In this document: positions 26,937-34,563 of the stretch, in pieces | How the letters are laid out: every line of letters starts with the position of its first letter | Numbering within the stretch: position 1 is the first letter of the stretch | IMG/VR virus record: IMGVR_UViG_3300025459_000008 | Location: 1 to 53,537 of that record | Length of the DNA stretch: 53,537 nucleotides | Reading direction: 5' to 3' (one strand) | DNA from: a virus | Taxonomy: Duplodnaviria > Caudoviricetes | Program-made: the position numbers and the translations under genes | The notes under the pieces: model-generated | The model's input: only the letters and a program-made list of their open reading frames with translations | Database searches by the model: none | What the model was told of the DNA's origin: nothing

Positions 26937-27506
26937 TTAAATGAGGCAAACTAATTTTTGTTCTCTATGCCACTTTATAATAATTTTGCGATTAACATTG
27001 AGAAGTTTCGCTAATTCAGTTGATGTATAACCATATAATTTTCGATATTTAGACATCATTGGTTTATTATACTTTCTATGACATTTCCGGCATAAAGGGA
27101 TTAAATTACTTGGCTTATGATTAGTTTTTGAGCCATCTTTATGGTGAACATCATTGGTAAATTCAGCGCATTCAATACATTTATAATTAAAGTCCTTCAA
27201 TACTTTCAAACGATTTCTTTTAAGTTCGGAGTAGTTTTTATATTCAAAAATGCCACCTTTCCAATGAGGATTCCTGTCTCCCATTAAATACCATCCCCGA
27301 GGTTCGCCAGCGGGTCTTTTGACAAGTCGGTGTTGAGCGCATAAAGGAGGATTCTTGGGTTTTGTGGTGCACTCTGGCCATTCACAATTCGGTTTGTGGG
27401 GTTTTGGTTTTAAGCTGCGCATATATTTGTAATAATGATTGATGCAAAACGATCTGCAACGAGCTGGTTTTTGACAATCAAAGATAGAACATAATTGTTT
27501 AGCCAT
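26937..27506 (-). CDS. HNH endonuclease
   Basis: NPHWKGG; CIEC..DVHHKDGSKTNHKPSNLIPLCRKCH; C-terminal HTH. Confidence 0.85.
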   Translation of the reverse strand: MAKQLCSIFDCQKPARCRSFCINHYYKYMRSLKPKPHKPNCEWPECTTKPKNPPLCAQHRLVKRPAGEPRGWYLMGDRNPHWKGGIFEYKNYSELKRNRLKVLKDFNYKCIECAEFTNDVHHKDGSKTNHKPSNLIPLCRKCHRKYNKPMMSKYRKLYGYTSTELAKLLNVNRKIIIKWHREQKLVCLI

Positions 27507-27613
27507 ATATTCTCTCCTTTAAAATGCGATGTAAACAAATTTAATTTAAAATGATAACGATGATTTGTCCACTACATTTGTCCTTTTTGGGGGTGTTTAG
27601 TGACAAGAGGGGG

Positions 27614-27643
27614 TTGACATTCTCTGAGAACCACATTTAAACT
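27614..27643 (+). promoter_or_regulatory. promoter for the RNA-gene operon
   Basis: TTGACA-N18-TAAACT about 40 nt upstream of tRNA-Met. Confidence 0.55.
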
Positions 27644-27684
27644 ATGGCTATGGATGGAAGGGTCATCTGACGGATGGGATTCGA

Positions 27685-27757
27685 TGCGGGAAGCCAAGGT
27701 GTGCCGTCAGGTCTCATAAGCCAGATTGTGGGGGTTCGATTCCCTCTCCCGCTACCA
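27685..27757 (+). tRNA. tRNA-Met(CAU)-like, initiator-like 1:72 mismatch, degenerate D-arm
   Basis: GCGGGA/UCCCGC acceptor, CUCAUAA loop, GGGGG-UUCGAUU-CCCUC T-arm, ACCA end. Confidence 0.7.
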
Positions 27758-27805
27758 AACTATTTGCTACCCCGCCTCGAAAGGGGCGGGGATGGATTTA
27801 AGACT

Positions 27806-28045
27806 ATGAATGATCGAACGACAACAGGCGAAACCAGACGAGCCTCTGTAGCTCAAAAATCATTGACTTTTAAGGAAGTATTGTCGTGTTTTAAACAAGC
27901 AAATAAAGTAATTAATAAAAATGGCGATGTTGACATTGAGGTTTGGATAGGAACCAAAATGTATAGAATTGTGAGTGTAGGCCAATTTAATTTCGTACCT
28001 ACGGTTACTTTAACATTGGCCGATGAACCAGAGCTTGCATTATAA
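27806..28045 (+). CDS. hypothetical protein between the tRNA genes
   Basis: ATG-started part of ORF 27674-28045; stop lies 2 nt before tRNA-Pro. Confidence 0.45.
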   Translation: MNDRTTTGETRRASVAQKSLTFKEVLSCFKQANKVINKNGDVDIEVWIGTKMYRIVSVGQFNFVPTVTLTLADEPELAL

Positions 28046-28047
28046 AC

Positions 28048-28123
28048 CGGGGTGTAGCTCAGTCAGCGGAGCGCCGGGCCTGGGACCCGGAGGTCGCAGG
28101 AGCGAAGCCTGCCGCCCCGACCA
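28048..28123 (+). tRNA. tRNA-Pro(UGG), strongly non-canonical loops
   Basis: All four stems pair; anticodon loop CCUGGGA, T-loop AGCGAAG, D-loop AGUCAGCG, ACCA end. Confidence 0.8.
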
Positions 28124-28203
28124 TATTGCCAAAATTATTGCCAATTTAACAAAAAGTTGAGTTTATGCATTTAGTTAGCTTGCCAAAATGTGTGTCAAAA
28201 ATT

Positions 28204-29279
28204 GCAACTCGCTCCCATTGGCGAGATGGAGGGCAATGGGTGGTGGGACGGAGCGGTGAACTACCGCGCCCCCGTGTTCTCATTGGCACGTTAAACAACA
28301 ATGACCGGTACTTGGCCCGGGTAAGGCCCGGCTGTGATCCCGAGGTCGATAGGCATTCTGTGGCTGCAGCTCCAGTTTGCTTCGGGACGTTTTTTAAAGA
28401 GTCCGCGGAGGATGAAAAACAATGATACCTTTATGCGCTTGCGGTTGTGGAGAGCAAACAAATATAATCTCCAAAACTGACAATAGCAGAGGGAGAATAA
28501 AAGGACAATATTATAAATATGTTTGGGGTCATAATGTAGGGAAAGGAGAAAATGCCCCAACCTGGCGCGGTGGAATTGCTATAAAAAATGGATATTTATC
28601 TGTATTTATTCCAGATCATGCACGGGCGGATAAGGACGGATACATAGCGAAACATATTATACTTGCCGAGAAAGCCCTTGGCAAACCTCTTCCCTTAAAA
28701 GCCGAAGTTCATCATTATAACGGAACTAAAAATAGTGGGCCGCTTGTGCTTTGCCAGGATAGAAAGTATCATATGCTACTGCATCAACGTATGCGAGCTT
28801 TGAAAGCCTGTGGAAACGCTTCTTGGCTAAAGTGCTGGATTTGTAAAGAGTATGATGATCCGGGAAAATTATATTTACCAGAAAAAGCAAGTCCTCGACA
28901 TCCTGATTGCATGAAAGAATATTGCAATGGCCGATCGGGTCCCAGCGGGAGGGACTAAGGGAATGTCAAGGCGGTTGGCTTATGGCCCCCGATACCTTGG
29001 CGGAGCCCAGACCTGCGCTGCCCGCGATGCGGCCGCATCTGGCGTAGGGATTTTTGATGCCCCGGGAAGCTGTCGGGCCACATTTCAGGCCCTCAAGTAC
29101 TGGGCAGCTTCCCGTATTTTAAAACAGTCTCTTAGAGCGGCCCCGGTACGCTGATTGGCGGATGAATCGTAGCCGAAGCAGTTCAAGGCTTGATTCAGAT
29201 AGTATCTGGCTTTCATAGCAGCCGGAAGTGATCGGGAGATTCATCTGAGTATATCGGCGGGGAGTTTCCGCTTGTCAGC
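28204..29279 (+). ncRNA. GOLLD-like large structured RNA interrupted by an HNH ORF
   Basis: Two GC-rich blocks (about 28204-28388 and 28929-29279) full of nested helices; motif strings match my recall of GOLLD; downstream of tRNAs in a phage. The 5' boundary is approximate. Confidence 0.65.
28422..28958 (+). CDS. HNH endonuclease embedded in the large RNA
   Basis: LCACGCGE, PTWRGG, GYIAKHIILAEKALGKPL..EVHHYNG..N..LVLC..YHMLLH; GGAGG RBS at 28407-28411. Confidence 0.85.
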   Translation: MIPLCACGCGEQTNIISKTDNSRGRIKGQYYKYVWGHNVGKGENAPTWRGGIAIKNGYLSVFIPDHARADKDGYIAKHIILAEKALGKPLPLKAEVHHYNGTKNSGPLVLCQDRKYHMLLHQRMRALKACGNASWLKCWICKEYDDPGKLYLPEKASPRHPDCMKEYCNGRSGPSGRD

Positions 29280-29322
29280 TTTTCTGAGGGACTTGGTGCT
29301 GGCAAGATGCCTCACTGATAAT

Positions 29323-29349
29323 TTGCTGGGTTTTTTAAAAGCCTAGCAA
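29323..29349 (+). terminator. hairpin downstream of the large RNA
   Basis: TTGCTGGGT/GCCTAGCAA stem. Confidence 0.4.
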
Positions 29350-29481
29350 GTCCCTTATTTTAAAAACTATGATTGATATTATAGCAGACACCTTCCTGCT
29401 CGCTGCCTTCCTGGTAGCACTCCTAAAACTCCATTTGCAGATAGGTTGACTTTTGCCAGCCTTTCGAGTTAATCTCAAACC

Positions 29482-30015
29482 ATGACCCCTGAAGAGAAAA
29501 GCGCCCAATGCCGTCAAGCCGTTCTTAGTGCCATTAACAAGTTGACCCCAGAGGAACGTAAAAAGAGGATGGAAAGAGCACTCGCCGCTCGTTGGGGACC
29601 AAAGGACGAGACAGAGAAGGAAGAAGATAAAGAGCTAAAACAGTTAGAAAAACTGCAAAGGGCGGCTAGCTCGATAAAAGATAAAAAGCATGAAGGAAGT
29701 GGGCCAGATCCGGCGAAAGTGTGTCGTGCCGTCGGCTTGGGAGAGATTGACGTTCTTAAGGGTGTTAAGACTCTAGCCGAAAAGTCTAAGTCAGATGTAG
29801 TGCGCCTGCGAGCCTATGAGCTGGCCTGCAAGGTTTTACGCATGATCAGGGAGGATACCCAGCAGAATGAGGGGGTTAGGATCATCATTCAGGCCCTTGA
29901 GGGCTCCCAGCAAGTCAACATCACCCCACCGGGCCAGACCCTACTCCAGGAGCCAGCCTCTTACAATCACCCTCAGCCCTCATCGCCTGGCAAGCCGATC
30001 CAGATAGTCAAGTGA
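29482..30015 (+). CDS. terminase small subunit (putative)
   Basis: SDVVRLRAYELACKV motif, helical body with beta tail, upstream of terL; TTGACT..TAATCT promoter just upstream. Confidence 0.6.
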   Translation: MTPEEKSAQCRQAVLSAINKLTPEERKKRMERALAARWGPKDETEKEEDKELKQLEKLQRAASSIKDKKHEGSGPDPAKVCRAVGLGEIDVLKGVKTLAEKSKSDVVRLRAYELACKVLRMIREDTQQNEGVRIIIQALEGSQQVNITPPGQTLLQEPASYNHPQPSSPGKPIQIVK

Positions 30016-30384
30016 CGTTGTAATGCAGGCCAGCCGCAGTCTTGCTATACCATATCTTGATAGCACCGCACTTGATAATATTTCTGATTATATCTATCTC
30101 AATCATATCAACTACTTAGCATATTTGCTAACGTCTAATATCATTCATTATGTAAACTAACACTTGTGAAAAGGACATACAACCCCGGCCTGCCTTACTG
30201 ACCTGGCATCGCGGCCCTGATGCTGCCTCTACTCGCCTCAAATTTCCTTCCTGGAAACGCGAACCCCGGGAGCGGCAGGTACCCCCCCCTGGGTAGCAAT
30301 GTTTCCCCCGAGAAATATTCACATTTTCCATCCCGGTATTATTATGCTTGACAACCTTTTCTGAAATCCTATATATTCCAAATC

Positions 30385-30780
30385 ATGACAGCTTGGGGTT
30401 TTAAAATTAAAAGGCAACAAAGTAATGATAAATCTTCTTCTATTTTAGAAGCGCCTTCTATAGACATAGAGAAAGAGAAGTTTAAAAGAACAATTGTCCA
30501 TCTTGAGGATTTAAACAGCGACCTTCATAAAGACAATTTTGATTTACGGAACCAGGTTATTGCTCAAAAGAAGCAATTAATTCAATTACAGCATCAACTC
30601 AGCATGGCGCAGCGGTATCCGGGATATTTAGGGAAGATTCCACCAGAAGCAGACCTCTTGGAATTTATTGAAAGGCACCTGAAGTTTCTGATTTTTGCTT
30701 CACATCCAGACCGGAATCCTGGGAACGATGAAGCAGCCGAGGTCACCAGAAAGTTGATAAAATTTAAAGAGGGGGAATAA
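30385..30780 (+). CDS. coiled-coil protein with C-terminal J-domain-like HPD motif
   Basis: FLIFASHPDRNPGNDEAAEVTRKL; own TTGACA-N17-TATATT promoter. Confidence 0.6.
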   Translation: MTAWGFKIKRQQSNDKSSSILEAPSIDIEKEKFKRTIVHLEDLNSDLHKDNFDLRNQVIAQKKQLIQLQHQLSMAQRYPGYLGKIPPEADLLEFIERHLKFLIFASHPDRNPGNDEAAEVTRKLIKFKEGE

Positions 30781-30900
30781 TTCCATCCCGGCACAAAACT
30801 GCTTGATCTTTAATAAAAGGTGTTATAATGTAGTAGTCATGGAGGATAAAGAGCAAGGAAGACATCACCCGTATAGCTCAGTCGGGATAGAGGATATGAC

Positions 30901-31098
30901 ATGACCACCCTTGGCGCCCGCATCCGTTCCCTTCGGGAATCCCGGGGCTTCTCCCGACCAGCGCTGGCGCAGATGTCCGGGGTATCGGAGCGGGCGATCC
31001 AGAACCTTGAATTGGGTCAGGCTGATCCTCGGGTGGGGACTTTGGAGAAGATAGCCGTGGCGTTGGGGGTGAAGGTGGAGGAGTTGGTGAAGAAGTAA
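30901..31098 (+). CDS. XRE-family HTH regulator
   Basis: LGARIRSLRESRGFSRPALAQMSGVS..IQNLELG..P..TLEKIAVALGV. Confidence 0.9.
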   Translation: MTTLGARIRSLRESRGFSRPALAQMSGVSERAIQNLELGQADPRVGTLEKIAVALGVKVEELVKK

Positions 31099-31243
31099 TG
31101 ATGCGGGTCATAAGGGAATTGAAGTAACTCCTACTGATTCCATTTTCGATGTAAAGCACAAGATTATGAAAGCCAAACTGATTCCTTTGGAGGAATTATC
31201 GCATGAGAACCCCTGATGGGTTGGCACCCCTTAAAATGCCTGA

Positions 31244-31627
31244 ATGAAGTTATGGATAATCGTGCTTCTAACAATAATCTTCTACCCAGCGACCGGACAA
31301 TGCCAACCCGCACCGACAGTAATATGCACGGCCTACTGCCTCAAGGGCCACACAACATCGGGGCCAGCGACAGCCGAGATTCACAGGAAAGGCGGCTGCA
31401 TAGCCCTGAGCCGGAAGCTGGCGCAGGACCTGGGCCTGAAATGCGGTTCAGGGAAATACGACTACAGGTTTGGGGTTCGTGTAGAGGTCCTAACGGTAGG
31501 CACCTTCATCTTTGCCGACTTAATGCCGCCGAAGTGGAAGCACTATCGGGTGGATATTTACTTCCCCACTCTGCACGAATGCCATGTTTTCGGGGTTAAG
31601 CGATGCCAGGTGACGGTGGTTAAATGA
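31244..31627 (+). CDS. secreted 3D-domain (lytic transglycosylase-like) protein
   Basis: Signal peptide, TAYC..TTSG, IA, FGVRVEV, FAD, RVDIYF. Confidence 0.7.
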   Translation: MKLWIIVLLTIIFYPATGQCQPAPTVICTAYCLKGHTTSGPATAEIHRKGGCIALSRKLAQDLGLKCGSGKYDYRFGVRVEVLTVGTFIFADLMPPKWKHYRVDIYFPTLHECHVFGVKRCQVTVVK

Positions 31628-31872
31628 ACGAAGTCTGGCTAATTGAGCAACGCATTTGCCGGCCTGGGGAAGAACCCACCGATTGGGTTGCTATTCTGGA
31701 TCAGGTTTTCTTTGAGCCAAGCATGGCCAGAGTCGAGGAAATATACCAGCCATTTACTGCTGAGAGCGGCATTGTTTGTGAATACCGGGTTATTCCCTAC
31801 CGCCGTGTCGAACCAAAATCCCTGACGCTCAGGGAACAGTCGAGGAAGGAGGGGTGGAATCCTAACCCCTGA
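31624..31872 (+). CDS. hypothetical protein
   Basis: 82 aa, overlapping start. Confidence 0.45.
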   Translation: MNEVWLIEQRICRPGEEPTDWVAILDQVFFEPSMARVEEIYQPFTAESGIVCEYRVIPYRRVEPKSLTLREQSRKEGWNPNP

Positions 31873-32054
31873 TTTCTTCTTCGGGTAGCAGGCTCCTGAT
31901 CTTCTCAAAATTTAACTCAAATCCATGTGCTATATCTAAATCAGGAATCGAAACAAAAATAAATAACCTGCTGTAATCTGGCCCCAAGGATTTTCCGGTT
32001 CCCATATCCAGCCACGATCCTCCGCCGGGACCACGCTTAATTAAGATATCCATC

Positions 32055-32261
32055 TCATTCCTCCTCCACCGGCCTGATAAAAATCTCATTCCGGTCTAAA
32101 TACAAAGCCATCTTTAATCCTTGTATAAATCCCCGTTTTTCGCACCAGGGTTTAGGTAAGCGGATAAAATACCCCCCTCCTCTTTTTTGCACCCGCCTGA
32201 ACATTACCGGCCTACATTTGCCAGACCCTCTTACATTTTTATTCCAAGTCCCTTTAGTCAT
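32055..32261 (-). CDS. AbrB/MazE-like DNA-binding protein
   Basis: RRVQKRGGGYFIRLPKPWCEKRGF..G..IFIRP. Confidence 0.7.
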   Translation of the reverse strand: MTKGTWNKNVRGSGKCRPVMFRRVQKRGGGYFIRLPKPWCEKRGFIQGLKMALYLDRNEIFIRPVEEE

Positions 32262-32354
32262 ATTGCGGCTCCTGTTTTTCTCATTATTAACCCCTATTTT
32301 GCTAAGTGTCAAGCCCTCTTGATTTTTATTCAGTTATCATCTTACTAATGAGAT

Positions 32355-33818
32355 ATGATAGATGTCCAGTGGTTATTTGGGCCAACCTCTCTGGCCTACA
32401 TTCATTCCACCGCCCAAATCAATGCCCTGTTTGGACCACCGGGGTCGCATAAGACTTTTGCCTCTATCCAGGCAATCCTTGCTCACCAGCAACAATGCGG
32501 TACCAGTATCCGCATTGCCATCATCCGGGACACCTTAGAGAACATCCGTATTTCTGTAGTGCCTTCTTTTTTCGAGTATTTTGAAGTCGCCCCCGGCCAG
32601 GTCCATTTTAAGAATGAGAACAAGGAATTGCGGATTGATGTCGCTGGGGGGCTGAAGATTGAGGCTGACCTGTTTGGGTGCAACGACCCCGCCGACCTTC
32701 AGCGTCTTCAGGGTGCTTCTTCCTGGTCCTTGATCTGGATTAACGATCCAGCCCCCATGACTGAGCGGCAAAACGCCGGGGTGCCGGAAGTGGTTTATGA
32801 CCATGCCGCTTATCGTTCTACTCGCAGGAGCGGCGGGCCAAGTCGGCTCCAGATTGACATGAATTATGCCGAGGAGACCCACTGGACTTATCGCCGGCTA
32901 ATCCTGGAACCTGATATCGACCCCGAGACTCCCCTGATCGTCAAACGGGTATTTCATGTGCCCTATGCTGAGATTCAAGTTCTTAATGAAGAAGCCATGC
33001 AGATGGCCAGGAGAGTCTTTAGCCATGATGAGACGGCCAGGGCCAGGTATGTGGAGGGCCGCTTTGCCGAATTTAAGCCAGGCAAGAACGTGGCCCCGGG
33101 CTACCGGCGGGCTATTCATCTTTGCCCCAGCGTTATTGAGCCAGCCGCTGGTTTAGAATGTTTTGCTTTCTGCGATGGCTGGCACAATCCCACCTGCGTC
33201 TTGGGACAGATAACCAAATCCAACCGCTTGGTCTATATCGACACCGTGCGGGTGGAGGGTTCGGACATCTCTACTCTCCTGGAAACTCAAGTTGGTCCTC
33301 TTCTTGGGAACCCCAAATGGAAAGACAAGTGGCGGTCCTGGCGGATCGGCGGGGACCGAACCATGGCGACCCCCGACCAGGGAAACATCAACCACAAATC
33401 CTCTGAGGATGTGGAGAAGTTCTTCTCTCAGTTCGGTCATGGAGTCTATAAACCTCGTTTTGAGGGTGGACCTGTCACCTGGCGGGAGATTGAGCGCAGC
33501 TTCAATTATTGGCTGGTACATTCCAACCAGAACAATGACCCGATGATTTATTTGTCGGCCAGCAACCATCTGCTGGATAAAGGCTTAAACGGAGCTTGGC
33601 ATTTTAAGATCGACAACTCGGGCAATATTGTGGGAACAGAACCCGTGAAGGACGAGATCAGCCATGTCATGGACGCTTGGGCTAATTCCGTGTGTGTGCT
33701 GCTGGGAAGCCAAATTGTACGGGTGAGCAAGGGAGCAATGAAGCAGGTGACCACCAAGATGCGGAACCGGGCTAAAAGTTACGGGTCAACTGGACTGGCT
33801 GCCAGGGGAGGCGTGTAG
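32355..33818 (+). CDS. terL: terminase large subunit
   Basis: Walker A GPPGSHKT, IIRDT, WIND Walker B, DMNY coupling motif, RNase H CDG..P, SHVMDA. Confidence 0.9.
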   Translation: MIDVQWLFGPTSLAYIHSTAQINALFGPPGSHKTFASIQAILAHQQQCGTSIRIAIIRDTLENIRISVVPSFFEYFEVAPGQVHFKNENKELRIDVAGGLKIEADLFGCNDPADLQRLQGASSWSLIWINDPAPMTERQNAGVPEVVYDHAAYRSTRRSGGPSRLQIDMNYAEETHWTYRRLILEPDIDPETPLIVKRVFHVPYAEIQVLNEEAMQMARRVFSHDETARARYVEGRFAEFKPGKNVAPGYRRAIHLCPSVIEPAAGLECFAFCDGWHNPTCVLGQITKSNRLVYIDTVRVEGSDISTLLETQVGPLLGNPKWKDKWRSWRIGGDRTMATPDQGNINHKSSEDVEKFFSQFGHGVYKPRFEGGPVTWREIERSFNYWLVHSNQNNDPMIYLSASNHLLDKGLNGAWHFKIDNSGNIVGTEPVKDEISHVMDAWANSVCVLLGSQIVRVSKGAMKQVTTKMRNRAKSYGSTGLAARGGV

Positions 33819-33822
33819 GCCG

Positions 33823-34128
33823 ATGGCGATCAAGGTGGAGACCCCCGGATGGAAACGCTGGGTTGAAGTCCAGTCTTTTGAAGGCAAGGACCGGGAAGGC
33901 AACAAGATTGGGCGCCAGGCGTTTCGCAACACGCTCACTGGTCAGATGGTGTTTCCGGAGAAGGGCTGGGATGGTGACCTTGCTAAATTGGACCACGGCG
34001 AGACAGCCTGCGTGACCCATTCGCTGGTGGGTGACGATGAGTTCTGGACGGCAATGGCTGCCGCCAAGAATAATCCTTTAGGAGAGGTAATAAAACAAGA
34101 AAATGGGCGCACAATTATTCGCTACTGA
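33823..34128 (+). CDS. hypothetical protein
   Basis: 101 aa directly after terL. Confidence 0.55.
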   Translation: MAIKVETPGWKRWVEVQSFEGKDREGNKIGRQAFRNTLTGQMVFPEKGWDGDLAKLDHGETACVTHSLVGDDEFWTAMAAAKNNPLGEVIKQENGRTIIRY

Positions 34129-34345
34129 CCGGCAACTTTATCCCAATGGCCGCTGCGTAATTTGCGGTGGGCATGAACATCGCAGTCCGAGCATACTTCC
34201 CCGAGACTTTCTTCAAGGGCATCGTCTGACGGAACGCCGGGATTGTCCTCATTATGAGGACTGCTTAACCCAGGCAGCCATCATAGATGCTGTGTGTGTT
34301 CCATGTGTGGTCTGTAATCAAATGACCCAGCATTAAGGAGGCGGT

Positions 34346-34555
34346 ATGCCAGCAGAAAGCAAGAAGCAAAGGCAGGCGGCTGGTATTGCTGAAGCGGTGA
34401 AGGAAGGCAAGATCAAGGCAAAGCCGGGTTCCGCTTCCGCAGAAATGGCCAAAAGCATGACCCATGAGCAGCTCCACGACTTTGCGGCAACCAAGGAAAA
34501 AGGTCTGCCGGTGAAGAAGACCAACACGGGGCATCTGACCAAAAAGAAATTTTAA
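34346..34555 (+). CDS. DUF3008-like small basic protein
   Basis: MPAESKKQRQAAGIA..MTHEQLHDFAATKEKGLP. Confidence 0.8.
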   Translation: MPAESKKQRQAAGIAEAVKEGKIKAKPGSASAEMAKSMTHEQLHDFAATKEKGLPVKKTNTGHLTKKKF

Positions 34556-34563
34556 GGACCTCC

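Noticed and set aside
27674-27805. N-terminal part of ORF 27674-28045
   Set aside because: It overlaps the tRNA-Met gene and the following hairpin.
28165-29154. ORFs 28165-28425 and 28927-29154 as proteins
   Set aside because: They coincide with the helix-dense RNA blocks and have no recognisable motifs.
28204-29279. IscB/HEARO element or group I intron as the explanation of the HNH-containing RNA
   Set aside because: The protein has no PLMP or RuvC motifs, no split host gene flanks the RNA, and I could not find group I P7 core sequences. This is not formally excluded without cmscan.
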